From positions 64,001-128,000 of IMG/VR virus record IMGVR_UViG_3300037467_003075: DNA of 64,000 nt. One strand, written 5' to 3'. Under the pieces are notes generated by a model that saw only the letters and a program-made list of their open reading frames with translations, had not been told where the DNA came from and did no database searches. Positions 46,839 to 56,739 of this stretch are shown here, one piece after another. How positions within the stretch are numbered: position 1 is the first letter of the stretch; the number at the start of each line of letters is the position of its first letter. Position numbers and translations under genes: made by a program. The DNA comes from a virus (lineage: Duplodnaviria; Heunggongvirae; Uroviricota; Caudoviricetes).

Positions 46839-48992
46839 ATGGCACAGTTTAGAGATATAGATTTACCTAGCGGTGTGCCCCTGAGGATTAACGGAGGGGA
46901 TTTACAAGTCCCCTCTAATAACCTTGTGGTCGGCGGTGGGATACTAACGCTAAACAACGCAAGTACAAATAGAATAATATTCACAGGCAATACAGCCGAC
47001 TTTGGCGCACCAAATGCCGATTTGAGTGGCGATGGAACAAAGATTCACATAAGAAATACTGGTGCATATGGAATAGGAGTAGAGGCATTCTCAATATGGT
47101 ATTCTACAGCAACTAACCACAAGTGGTATACTCAAAACGGAACCAACTCTGCTACGCCAAGTAATGTAATGACACTAGATGGTGTGGGTAGCTTAACAAT
47201 CAGTGGAAATATGATTATAGGAAATTCAGTACAAGCGGTAACAAGTCCAGCATTTTTGAAGTTTCAAAGATGGTCAAATGGGGTGTCTGGCTCTGCTCAA
47301 ATTATCGGCGCGTGGCAAAGCTCTAATTATTGGGCAATTGGAACGCCAAACAATTCAGCTAATAGCTCTATGCAGATTGGTATCGCGGATTCAACTGGCG
47401 TGTGGAAGACAACCACACCGTTAAGTCTACAGATAGCTGGAAACTTGACTGTGACTGGTAATATAACCGAAGGTAGCACACTGCTTTCAATTAAATATGC
47501 GCCACAGGCAAGATTAGTTTCTGCTGGAGCTGGCCTACTCGGTGGGGGCGATCTTTCTGACGACAGAACATTATCGGTTAATTTCTCTGGCAATGGCAGC
47601 GGAAATACGGTTGCCTATGCCAACCATAATCATGATGACAAATATCCAAAAGCCCCAGATTCTTATATAAGTGGAAACGGAATCTATGTATTAGATACAA
47701 GAGGAACAAATGAGCCCGGTACTGCTAGGCCAGCTGGTCTGTACGCTGATTTTAAGCAAAATTCAATAAATGGACTTTCTGATGGCGGAACATATAATGG
47801 AGTATTGACATTTAGATTCTATGGATGGAATACTGATATGTCTGGTGGCACTCCTGTTCAATTAGGTTTTACTGAAAATAATAATGTATGGCTACGCAAA
47901 GGAACCAGCGGAGGCGCAGCGTGGGGAAGTTGGCTTAAACTGTACCATACAGGAAACGATTCCACTTTAATAAAATCATCTTCATCTGGGCAATCAGTAA
48001 GTGGAAACTTTACTATCGCTGGCGACGGAAACTTATGGGTCGGAACGAGTGCAAGTGATGGTGCAGATGGTGATATTGTAGTTCGTGATGGTTCAGGAAA
48101 CAGCGTAATCCATTTTGATGGTGGTAGCGTAGGGCCAACAGACTCAAATGTTAAAGCATACATTGCTGGAAGTGGATATGCGTCATTTGGAACCGTAGAT
48201 ATTAATACACTTAATGTAACAGCTAGTGGAATGGTTTCGAATCTAAACGCCAATTATATAAATGGAATAACAGAAGCCAAGCTAGCTAAAAATGAAAGTG
48301 TGTATGAAATCGGTGGAAAAGGTGTATATACTGGATTATCGGTTTCACAGCAAACGGTTCCAAATATGACTGTGGCTGTGGTAGCTGGAACCGTATATAC
48401 AGATAGCGGAAGAAGGTTTAAGCTTAATGCTCAGAGTGTAGCACTAGCAACTTCGAGCGCTACATTTGGAAGATATGATGTTGTCTATGTTCAGGGTTCG
48501 AGTGCAGGAAATAACGAGGGAGTCATAACTGTTCTAACTGGCACTCCATCTTCAACACCTGTTGTTCCAACTATTCCATCAGATGGAGTAGCTCTGGCTA
48601 AAATTTTTGTTGGTCAAAATGTTGGCTCTATCTTAAACGCTAATATTACTGACCTAAGAACAAGTAAGCCATTGCTATATAATGCTAATCTATATGCTAG
48701 CGCACCGCTTTACATCGAGAGCACAATAAACTCTAATCAAGCGTCAATACCTATCATTAAGCCAATTAAGGGTTCGACTTGGGTAGCAGAAGCCTTTATT
48801 CCGGTTGGAAGCACAAGTTATGTGTGGAACCACAATTTGAATCTTGGTACAAACTATGTGATAACATTATCATGCTCCAGTCCAAATAGACATATCTACT
48901 GGACAAATAAGACATCAACATCTATTACTATAAACATAGATGATGTTGCTGATGTCCCTGTTACATGGAATGGAATAATAGTTGGATGGTAA
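46839..48992 (+). CDS. Tail fibre protein
   Basis: G/S/T/N-rich beta sequence, HNHDDKY motif, VWLRKG..WGSWLKLYHTGN fibre motif. Confidence 0.75.
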   Translation: MAQFRDIDLPSGVPLRINGGDLQVPSNNLVVGGGILTLNNASTNRIIFTGNTADFGAPNADLSGDGTKIHIRNTGAYGIGVEAFSIWYSTATNHKWYTQNGTNSATPSNVMTLDGVGSLTISGNMIIGNSVQAVTSPAFLKFQRWSNGVSGSAQIIGAWQSSNYWAIGTPNNSANSSMQIGIADSTGVWKTTTPLSLQIAGNLTVTGNITEGSTLLSIKYAPQARLVSAGAGLLGGGDLSDDRTLSVNFSGNGSGNTVAYANHNHDDKYPKAPDSYISGNGIYVLDTRGTNEPGTARPAGLYADFKQNSINGLSDGGTYNGVLTFRFYGWNTDMSGGTPVQLGFTENNNVWLRKGTSGGAAWGSWLKLYHTGNDSTLIKSSSSGQSVSGNFTIAGDGNLWVGTSASDGADGDIVVRDGSGNSVIHFDGGSVGPTDSNVKAYIAGSGYASFGTVDINTLNVTASGMVSNLNANYINGITEAKLAKNESVYEIGGKGVYTGLSVSQQTVPNMTVAVVAGTVYTDSGRRFKLNAQSVALATSSATFGRYDVVYVQGSSAGNNEGVITVLTGTPSSTPVVPTIPSDGVALAKIFVGQNVGSILNANITDLRTSKPLLYNANLYASAPLYIESTINSNQASIPIIKPIKGSTWVAEAFIPVGSTSYVWNHNLNLGTNYVITLSCSSPNRHIYWTNKTSTSITINIDDVADVPVTWNGIIVGW

Positions 48993-49002
48993 ATACACTG
49001 TA

Positions 49003-49045
49003 CCCCCAAATTATATAATAATATACTTATAATATAATTTGGGGG
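49003..49045. other. Perfect 14-bp inverted repeat with AT-rich centre
   Basis: CCCCCAAATTATAT (49003-49016) / ATATAATTTGGGGG (49032-49045). Confidence 0.7.
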
Positions 49046-49067
49046 CTTATCATATAGGAGGGAAATT

Positions 49068-50318
49068 ATGACACAAGCACATAAAGGCAGTAGGTTACTA
49101 ATAAAAGACCAATCAATACCAGTAGATTTTTCTACTATACATTTTAGTTACAGTCAAGATGCTGTTGGTATTCAGTATGGCGACCTATTGTTTCCATCGG
49201 GGAACTCTGTCTATACGATTCGTGAAAACGAAGGGAAATTTGGTGGAACGGTAGCAGTAGAAGGAGCAACTACGAACCAACTCACTAATCCTGAGAACCT
49301 GTCTGCAACAGAATGGGGGAAAAGCGCAATAACTGTTAACTATGCGAATAGCGAGAGCGCACTAATTCCAACTGCTGTTAATGCTTCACATTATTTGATG
49401 CAAGATTCTTCTCTTATCTCTGGTTCATCATACACTCATTCTGTAACCGCTAGAGCGGGCCAGTACTCTGTTTTACAAATTGCCCCGTCTACTGGTTTCG
49501 GTAACAGTAGCACATATAGTAATTTTGATTTAATAAACGGAACCGTTTCTGGAACCGCAGGAGGCCAAATAGCCTATGTGGGTGGAGGATACTATAGATG
49601 TGAAGTCACTAGCACTGCGTCACTTACTATAAGTGGCAGGATGGTTTTTGGCCCTGTTCCAAACATGTCTTCTCTGAGACTCGCATCTTTTTCTGGGAAT
49701 GGTTCAGATTGTATATATATAAAAAATGTTCAGCTTGAAAAAAAACCATTTTCTACATCATATGTTAATGGAAGTAGGGGAAATGGGTATTTGCAATATC
49801 CAAATGTTCAGATAAATACAAACTTCACTTTATCTGCATGGGTATATTATGAAGAACCAACTCCTTTTACATTCTATCACAAGAATTGCTTATTATACTT
49901 AGATGACCCAGTTGATTATCTGTCTGGAAATTCGTTTAGATTCTTTCCAAGAGGCAACGAAGTGTCACCAAGTAACCCCAGAATTGCATTCTGGGCGAGT
50001 AATCCAGCGACATGGTATTACGGAAATACGACTTTACAGCAAAAAACATGGTACCATGTAGCCTATATATACAATGGAACAAGCATGAAAATATATATAA
50101 ATGGGAACCTAGATGCAACTGTTGCTGTGTCTAAAACCATGAACAAAGAGTCAAAAATTCTTGTCGGGGGGAAAGACACGGACGAATGGGCAAATGGCAT
50201 GATAAATGATTTAGCCATATTTCCAGATAGAACACTGACAGATGAAGAAATATATGCGATATATATAAGCGATTCACCACTGTATAATCCGTATGACTAT
50301 AGGGCTTACAGCTATTAA
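49068..50318 (+). CDS. Adsorption protein with C-terminal LamG/concanavalin A-like domain (paralog 1)
   Basis: FTLSAWVY..WYHVAYIYNGTSMKIYING..GMINDLAIF. Confidence 0.75.
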   Translation: MTQAHKGSRLLIKDQSIPVDFSTIHFSYSQDAVGIQYGDLLFPSGNSVYTIRENEGKFGGTVAVEGATTNQLTNPENLSATEWGKSAITVNYANSESALIPTAVNASHYLMQDSSLISGSSYTHSVTARAGQYSVLQIAPSTGFGNSSTYSNFDLINGTVSGTAGGQIAYVGGGYYRCEVTSTASLTISGRMVFGPVPNMSSLRLASFSGNGSDCIYIKNVQLEKKPFSTSYVNGSRGNGYLQYPNVQINTNFTLSAWVYYEEPTPFTFYHKNCLLYLDDPVDYLSGNSFRFFPRGNEVSPSNPRIAFWASNPATWYYGNTTLQQKTWYHVAYIYNGTSMKIYINGNLDATVAVSKTMNKESKILVGGKDTDEWANGMINDLAIFPDRTLTDEEIYAIYISDSPLYNPYDYRAYSY

Positions 50319-50334
50319 AAGGATGTGATTACAT

Positions 50335-51534
50335 ATGACACAATCTCATAAGTCTTCCTTAATTATTGCACAGAAAAAAGTTGTTCCATGTGATAACAAT
50401 ACCGCCCTACTTATGCACTACGATATCACAGAGAATGACGTTCTAAGAGGGATAGAGCCTACTGGTACCGCTGTATTTACTTTAAGGTCATATGAAGGGT
50501 ATTACGGTGGCGGAATAGCGATAGAAGAAGCAACGACAAACTTAGAAACCATTGGAACAAGTCTGTCTGTTTGGGGTGGCGCGACAATAGCTCAGTCTAT
50601 TGTTTCTGGTGGTTTATTTGATGGATGGAACAGGGTGGATGTTAGTAGCGCAGGAACTACTGGTCACATATGTTGGATGCCATATTTAGTATTGGCATCT
50701 GGCAACAAATATTCGTTTTCAATTGATTATTATTGCCCAAATAATGATGTTATTTTAAGGATTGACGGTGGAACAGGTTTTGGCGCAATGACAAATGTTG
50801 GTGGGTTTAGATACGAAATGAACAATATACAGCCTACAGCCTCCATTAGTGAGAATTTTTGGTGGTACCATAAGTCAGCCGCTAGTGGCAATGTTAATAC
50901 TTTTTTCTACTATAGATACCCTCAATGTGAGCAAAAAGCTTTTTCTACATCATTTGTCAATGGTAGTAGGTCTAGCCATGGAACATTAAAATATCCTGCT
51001 GACTGTATTAATCCATCAGAAGGAACGATTTCATTTTGGTACAAGCCAGAATATCCAAATTCTGTTGTGACAACGCAAGAGAACTCACCCAAGCCTTTGC
51101 AAGTTGGGACTTATTATGGCAATAGCTCAATATCAATATGGAACATATGGAGTAGTAGTTCTGTTGATCTAAGATTGTATGTTAAAGGTGCAACAAACGG
51201 TGGTTGGTCACTTGCCACACTCTTCAATTATACCCTGTCTCAAAATACTTGGGTAATGGTTAGCGTCACCTGGAGTGGAACATCATGGAAATTATACATT
51301 AACGGTGTTCGAACAAATACGGTGGTGGCAACAGAAACACTTGGCCCGATAGCTGGAAATCTAATTTATGTTGGCGGCGATGGCATAGGGCAAAGCTCTA
51401 GTGGACATGTTTGCAATGGTATTATTGACGAATTTCGTATTGATAAAGTCGCAAGAACAGACGATGAAATAATGTCTTGGTATTACAGTCAAACGCCATT
51501 CTATCCAAAGGGAATTTATACTGTGGCATACTGA
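50335..51534 (+). CDS. Adsorption protein with C-terminal LamG-like domain (paralog 2)
   Basis: GTISFWYKP..WVMVSVTWSG..LYING..GIIDEFRID; shares EG..GG..A.E.ATTN and FSTS.VNGSR with paralog 1. Confidence 0.75.
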   Translation: MTQSHKSSLIIAQKKVVPCDNNTALLMHYDITENDVLRGIEPTGTAVFTLRSYEGYYGGGIAIEEATTNLETIGTSLSVWGGATIAQSIVSGGLFDGWNRVDVSSAGTTGHICWMPYLVLASGNKYSFSIDYYCPNNDVILRIDGGTGFGAMTNVGGFRYEMNNIQPTASISENFWWYHKSAASGNVNTFFYYRYPQCEQKAFSTSFVNGSRSSHGTLKYPADCINPSEGTISFWYKPEYPNSVVTTQENSPKPLQVGTYYGNSSISIWNIWSSSSVDLRLYVKGATNGGWSLATLFNYTLSQNTWVMVSVTWSGTSWKLYINGVRTNTVVATETLGPIAGNLIYVGGDGIGQSSSGHVCNGIIDEFRIDKVARTDDEIMSWYYSQTPFYPKGIYTVAY

Positions 51535-51578
51535 TAGTTAAGCATAGAAGTTTTAGTATATGAGGAGAGGATGACGAA

Positions 51579-53099
51579 ATGCTTCTAAAGAAACAACTAC
51601 TAAGCAAAGATAATTTAAATAATGCCTTTGTATCAAAGACAGATACATTAGACCAGTCAGTCGCTAGTCCGTTAGTTTTATCATATGGTTCGCTTACTTT
51701 AAAGAATACATGGATTACAGATTCTGCTAGCACATCATATCTTCGTATTGATCCACAGAACAATAGGTTAATTATATTCGATGGAGTTAACAATCAACAA
51801 CTTGATGTTTTTAGTTCGACTGGAAGCAAGTCAACCTATATTTTTACAAATACAACAAACGGACTATTGGATGTATTGGGATTAACTCAGCTTAATATAG
51901 CTACATCTAGCAACGCTAAAGTTGTGATTGGCGGAATCACAGAGGTTTCTAGAACTACCGCTGGCTCATCATTAAACTATACCATACAGGCGGCCGCACC
52001 AAGTGTGTCAAGGATTGGAATAAAATCAACAACTTCTCTATCCGGAACAACTGAAGTCGGTGGAATAGAGTGGAATAATAATGGAACATGGAACGGTGGA
52101 ATATACGGAAAAGGCAGCGGTGATGTTCAATTCTTCACTCAGGGAGATGGAAGTAATCCACGAGTCGTTATTACATATTCAGGTAATGTCGGAGTAGGGA
52201 CAGCTTCTCCTGGCTATAAGTTTGATGTGAACGGAAGCACAGGCTTCGCAGCAAATCAACCTGTAGTTTTTAAGAGTCTAAGTGCTGGTTATGGCACAGT
52301 AATGAGGTATGATACTGCTGGAAGAGAAAGGCTTATGATTTCAACAATAAACTCGCAGTCAAAAATTCTGTTTCATACCGGATATGATATGACTAGTGGT
52401 GGAGGTTCGACATTTGCAGAGCCAGCCAATCCAACTCTTAGCTTAGCATCTGGAAATGTTGGAATCGGCGCGGTAACATATCCTATTGCACCAGCTCCAT
52501 CTCCTCGAAGGTATCTCACCATAAGAGGCGACGATCATGGTGTACTAGAACTAACACAGGGAACTACTGATGCTTCTGGTGCACTTGTTGGTCAGATTCA
52601 ATTTACTGACTTTAATAGCACTTCAACAGAAAAAAGGGCCGCTGGAATAGTAGCAAGAACAAACGGTGTTACAGCGACTAAAAGAGGAGGGGTGTTAGGT
52701 TTCTATACTAAGCCAGACAACGGTGACTCTGGAACTTATCTTGAAAGAATGACAATTCTAGATAATGGTTATGTCGGGATTAATCTTACGGCTCCAGGCG
52801 TTCAACTTGATGTATCTGGTAGTATCCGTTCAAATACTACTTCCTCTGTTATTACCTTGGGCGATGGTGTACTCGGATTAATGGCTACTGCCAGTGCTAG
52901 TACGCACTATCCATATATCGAATGGAGAGGTAGTACTGGGACAAGAGGAGGTTATTTGGGATGGGGAACGCCCGGAACTTCAATTGACTTTACACTGGAA
53001 AATGGAGTAAAACTTTCAATGAACGGGAAGTTAGTTGTTGAAGGTGCTAACGGAGGAAGATTGGTTGTTCCTGTTGGAGTTAATTTGTATGCCACATAA
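51579..53099 (+). CDS. Tail fibre protein
   Basis: Repeated GNVG(V/I)G..P...(F/L)DV.G beta-motifs typical of trimeric fibres. Confidence 0.7.
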   Translation: MLLKKQLLSKDNLNNAFVSKTDTLDQSVASPLVLSYGSLTLKNTWITDSASTSYLRIDPQNNRLIIFDGVNNQQLDVFSSTGSKSTYIFTNTTNGLLDVLGLTQLNIATSSNAKVVIGGITEVSRTTAGSSLNYTIQAAAPSVSRIGIKSTTSLSGTTEVGGIEWNNNGTWNGGIYGKGSGDVQFFTQGDGSNPRVVITYSGNVGVGTASPGYKFDVNGSTGFAANQPVVFKSLSAGYGTVMRYDTAGRERLMISTINSQSKILFHTGYDMTSGGGSTFAEPANPTLSLASGNVGIGAVTYPIAPAPSPRRYLTIRGDDHGVLELTQGTTDASGALVGQIQFTDFNSTSTEKRAAGIVARTNGVTATKRGGVLGFYTKPDNGDSGTYLERMTILDNGYVGINLTAPGVQLDVSGSIRSNTTSSVITLGDGVLGLMATASASTHYPYIEWRGSTGTRGGYLGWGTPGTSIDFTLENGVKLSMNGKLVVEGANGGRLVVPVGVNLYAT

Positions 53100-53217
53100 T
53101 TTTAGTATGGCATCTGCTAAATCATTTTGGGAAGTTATATATTAGAGAGCATGAGAGACATAGGGGGATAATAATCCTCCTTTTCTTTAATATATAGTTA
53201 TATGGTGGTGATTATTT

Positions 53218-53457
53218 GTGGATATTCAAGCTATTTCTGATCTTATCAAGAATTTTGGATTTCCTATCACTGTTGCAATATGGGCGTTGTGGAGACTGGA
53301 TAAAAGTTGGGGCAAAGGACAATCTTCACTAAATAGTATAGAGGAATCGCTTGATAGGGTTGAAGAGATACTTCAGAGAAACACAGAAATCCAAACGGAG
53401 TTAGTAACTACCATAAAAATAATTCAAACAATTATTGGTGGTGAGCTAAGAAAATGA
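53218..53457 (+). CDS. YvrJ/holin-like small membrane protein
   Basis: IKNFGFPITVAIWALWRLDK single TM segment plus coiled tail, in the lysis cassette. Confidence 0.6.
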   Translation: MDIQAISDLIKNFGFPITVAIWALWRLDKSWGKGQSSLNSIEESLDRVEEILQRNTEIQTELVTTIKIIQTIIGGELRK

Positions 53458-53672
53458 TTCTCAACATTGTCTATTTATTCATAGGTCTACTGATTGGGTT
53501 TCTTGTGAAGCATGAACTAGACTTAAAGCAACGAAAAAAAAGGATACAGAAAAGAATAAATATTGTTTCGAGTATGGACATGGAACCCTATAATGAGACA
53601 CTGGAAATCATCAAGGAGCTAAACAGTAGCCTCATAAATATTAGCGCCGCGAAAAAGAAAGAGGTGCATTAA
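53454..53672 (+). CDS. Small membrane protein (lysis cassette)
   Basis: N-terminal TM helix followed by a basic stretch. Confidence 0.55.
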   Translation: MILNIVYLFIGLLIGFLVKHELDLKQRKKRIQKRINIVSSMDMEPYNETLEIIKELNSSLINISAAKKKEVH

Positions 53673-53996
53673 TTGCTTATTATCTTAATTTATGTTATAT
53701 CTGTTATAGCATGGGGCTTAGTCTTATTTGATATGATTAGAGCAACATATCATAGTATTGTACATAAAACTGATACACCAAGACTGCTTGTTCCTCTTGC
53801 ATTCGCCTCCCTAGCTCTAACAATAGAAAGTGCTTATTTTTTAATTGCTAATATTGTCAGATACATATTGAGTGAAGAAGGATATGCCGCATTCCTCCAG
53901 CAAGACAACTTATTTGCGGTAAAGATATTTATAGCAATCAGCGGAGTCCTAATGATTCTTAAGCTAAGATCGGAAAGAAAAAAAATAATAAAATAA
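53673..53996 (+). CDS. Three-TM membrane protein (possible holin/antiholin)
   Basis: Three hydrophobic segments; directly before the endolysin. Confidence 0.55.
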   Translation: MLIILIYVISVIAWGLVLFDMIRATYHSIVHKTDTPRLLVPLAFASLALTIESAYFLIANIVRYILSEEGYAAFLQQDNLFAVKIFIAISGVLMILKLRSERKKIIK

Positions 53997-54009
53997 TGTG
54001 GGTGATGAA

Positions 54010-54837
54010 ATGGCAAAGGGTCTGGATTGTACATATAATTTCACACAACAAAAAGCCATTGAATTTAAAAACGAAGGATTCAGTTTCGTATGTAGGTATC
54101 TCGCACCAAATGGTATGTCTAAGAAGCTAAGGAAATCAGAGGCAGATAACATTAATAAAGCTGGTCTTTATATTGTTTCTGTGTTTGAGACTAGTGCAGG
54201 GAGAGCATCTGGTGGAGCGGCAAATGGAAGCTATGATGGGAAGATCGCCTATGAAGAAGCAAAGAATCTAGGTCAACCAGAAGGTTCAACAATCTATTTT
54301 GCCGTCGATTTCGAAGCCTCTAAATCACAACTCAATGCAATTGAGCAATATTTGATTGCCGCGAAAGCAGAGATTCCAGGGTATAAAATTGGAGTCTACG
54401 GCTCATACCTTGTAGTCGAAGAGATGGCTACAAGGGGAGCGTGTGACAACTTCTGGCAAACACTTGCATGGAGTTACGGCAAGAAATCTGAGCATGCAAA
54501 CATCTATCAGTATGACTGTGGTAGGTCTGGTTTAGGTCTTCCTTATTTAGGAATTACGATTGACCTTGACGAATCATATGGCAATGAGGGCTGGTGGAAT
54601 GCATTAGAACCACAACAAGAAAGCGAGGACGATGAAACTATGAAACTAACCTTAAATCAATGGAGACAACTTGGAAATTCGCTGGATGGGCTATACCATA
54701 AAGGTCTAATAAATGATTATACTTGGGCAGAAAAAGCTTATGCTCAGAATCTGACCGCAGGTGATATCGCATTCCTAAATATTATTGTGGCCGCAAGAGA
54801 GCAAGGCGTAGATACCGATAAAAACATTGAATGGTAA
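54010..54837 (+). CDS. Endolysin, DUF1906 (GH25-like) glycoside hydrolase with small C-terminal domain
   Basis: FVCRYL, IVSVFE, IYFAVDFE, IGVYGS, WQTLAWS, IYQY, IDLD; likely ATG 54010. Confidence 0.85.
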   Translation: MAKGLDCTYNFTQQKAIEFKNEGFSFVCRYLAPNGMSKKLRKSEADNINKAGLYIVSVFETSAGRASGGAANGSYDGKIAYEEAKNLGQPEGSTIYFAVDFEASKSQLNAIEQYLIAAKAEIPGYKIGVYGSYLVVEEMATRGACDNFWQTLAWSYGKKSEHANIYQYDCGRSGLGLPYLGITIDLDESYGNEGWWNALEPQQESEDDETMKLTLNQWRQLGNSLDGLYHKGLINDYTWAEKAYAQNLTAGDIAFLNIIVAAREQGVDTDKNIEW

Positions 54838-54852
54838 AGGATGGTGGAGTAA

Positions 54853-55176
54853 ATGAGTTTAGTTGATCTAGTAACACAATATTGGGGAGTCGGTGTGGTT
54901 GTAATCGGTGGAGGTATCTATTTTGCAACGCACAAGAAGATAGCAATGAACTTTGCCAAGAGTACGATTAAATCACTTATGCTTGCGGCCGAAAAAGGGG
55001 CAGAGCAACTAATACTTGAGAATGGGCCAGCGAAGCTTGAGTGGGTAGTTGAAAAAGGTTATGCTATGATGCCGCCAATCGTCAAGCCGTTCATCAGCAA
55101 GGATTTGTTTCGTGTTCTAGTTCAGTCTTTATTTGATGAAGCAAAGGACTTAATTGAAAAGAACAAAGATAACTGA
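54853..55176 (+). CDS. Probable holin
   Basis: N-terminal TM, then AAEK..GPAKLEWV pattern typical of LL-H-like holins. Confidence 0.6.
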   Translation: MSLVDLVTQYWGVGVVVIGGGIYFATHKKIAMNFAKSTIKSLMLAAEKGAEQLILENGPAKLEWVVEKGYAMMPPIVKPFISKDLFRVLVQSLFDEAKDLIEKNKDN

Positions 55177-55179
55177 ACC

Positions 55180-55208
55180 TTGACAGATTAGTATAAATCA
55201 AGTATAAT
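55180..55208 (+). promoter_or_regulatory. Sigma-A promoter of PIN-PhoH
   Basis: TTGACA (55180-55185), 17 bp, TATAAT (55203-55208). Confidence 0.88.
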
Positions 55209-55216
55209 ATAAGTAT

Positions 55217-55293
55217 CAATAACATCCCTAACGGAAGGAGGTAGGCGAAAACTTACCTACGCATGTTATTGTAAGACTAATTTTGGGGGATGT
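55217..55293 (+). promoter_or_regulatory. Structured 5' leader (three-way junction with alternative RBS-pairing helix)
   Basis: CAATAACAT (55217-55225)/ATGTTATTG (55263-55271), GTAGG/CCTAC and CCT/AGG hairpins; alternative helix ACATCCC (55222-55228)/GGGATGT (55287-55293). Confidence 0.45.
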
Positions 55294-55297
55294 GCCT

Positions 55298-56674
55298 ATG
55301 AATAGACCAACAGTTGTCGTGTTAGACACAAATGTTTTAATTGATAATCCAAAAGCAATTTTCGGTTTTCCAGATGATCTTGTCGTTATTCCTTCTGTTG
55401 TTATAGATGAGTTGGACAATCTAAAGGATAGCAAAGATAGAAATGTTCGTAGGATGTCAAGAATGGCCTCTAACTTCATTGACGAAATCACAGAGAAGTA
55501 CGAGGAAAGTGAAGATGATTTAATGTATATTCCAAATGGTGGGGTAATGAAAATTGATGAACTCTACCAAATAAATTTTCCCACTTCCCAACCAGAGAAG
55601 CCAGACAACTTGATTATCTCTACTGCTATTCGATATGCTTGCTCTAATGACTATTACCTTGTTACCATGTATAGTAATGATACAAATGTACGCAACAAGA
55701 CTCGCATACAGGCAAGAGCAATGGGTCTAAAGCACAAAATGAAAGCAAGACGCTATGCAATTATCGATTCTTCGCTTAACGACATTGATAGTGGTATTCG
55801 AGACTTGTTCTTGCCAGATATGGATGTCATTATGCTCCGTAAGAATGGATACCATAACATTGATCTTTCATACCTAAATGGTGAACATATCATTGTAAGA
55901 AGCGAAACAAATCCAGACAGAAATACGGCATTGGCAAGTTGGGACGCAAGACAGAAGCGAATTGTCTGTCTGCCTGATTATAAAAAGGGAAGCCCGATTT
56001 GGCTGATTGGTGGTGGGAAAGAAGGTTCAACACCCGTAAGGCCAAGAGATGCAAGACAAGCTTTTATGGCTCACGATATTCTTGATGAAACGAAGAACCT
56101 ACATTTTGTCTTATCTCCAGTAGCGGGAGCAGGAAAGAATTACATTGCAACCGCATGTGCACTTAACCTATTGAAGGATGGCTTATATGATAGACTAATC
56201 ATTATTAAGCCAATGATTTCAGTCGAAGGTTCAGACACTGGATACTTGCCAGGCACCAAGGAAGAGAAAATGGCCCCATGGTTCGAATCATTCAATGATA
56301 CAATGGCAGAACTAACGAATGATGGCCAAATGAATATTAGCGATCTCGAAGCAAGAATCGAACTTGACATTGTAACGCATATGCGTGGAAGAAGTATTCC
56401 AAGAACAATTATGATTATTGATGAGGCGCAGAACTTCACAGAGGAAGCTCTAAAGACACTCGGCTCTCGTGCTGGTGAAGGGTCTAAAATTATACTTATG
56501 GGTGACTTGTCACAAATCGATAACCCAAGACTCGATGCAGGAAATTCTGGTTTGAGGATTTGGGCGGAAAGAGCAAGAAACATTGAAAACGGATATCCAA
56601 ATTCTACATATGTCTTACTAGAGTCTAATTTTAGAAGTGAGCTTTCAGCTTGGTTTTCATCTTTCTATGAATAA
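55298..56674 (+). CDS. phoH: PIN domain-PhoH ATPase fusion (YlaK/PhoH2-like)
   Basis: VLDTNVLI, VIDELD, PDNLII and SNDTNVR form the PIN domain; PRDARQ, GAGKN, GYLPG, RGRS, IIDEAQN, ILMGD..QID form PhoH. Confidence 0.9.
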   Translation: MNRPTVVVLDTNVLIDNPKAIFGFPDDLVVIPSVVIDELDNLKDSKDRNVRRMSRMASNFIDEITEKYEESEDDLMYIPNGGVMKIDELYQINFPTSQPEKPDNLIISTAIRYACSNDYYLVTMYSNDTNVRNKTRIQARAMGLKHKMKARRYAIIDSSLNDIDSGIRDLFLPDMDVIMLRKNGYHNIDLSYLNGEHIIVRSETNPDRNTALASWDARQKRIVCLPDYKKGSPIWLIGGGKEGSTPVRPRDARQAFMAHDILDETKNLHFVLSPVAGAGKNYIATACALNLLKDGLYDRLIIIKPMISVEGSDTGYLPGTKEEKMAPWFESFNDTMAELTNDGQMNISDLEARIELDIVTHMRGRSIPRTIMIIDEAQNFTEEALKTLGSRAGEGSKIILMGDLSQIDNPRLDAGNSGLRIWAERARNIENGYPNSTYVLLESNFRSELSAWFSSFYE

Positions 56675-56681
56675 CAGCGGC

Positions 56682-56719
56682 GCACCCACTAAAAAAAATG
56701 GTGGGTGCTATCCTTTTTT
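56682..56719 (+). terminator. Probable intrinsic terminator
   Basis: GCACCCAC...GTGGGTGC followed by TATCCTTTTTT. Confidence 0.6.
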
Positions 56720-56739
56720 AGATGGGAGTAGTGTGTGCT

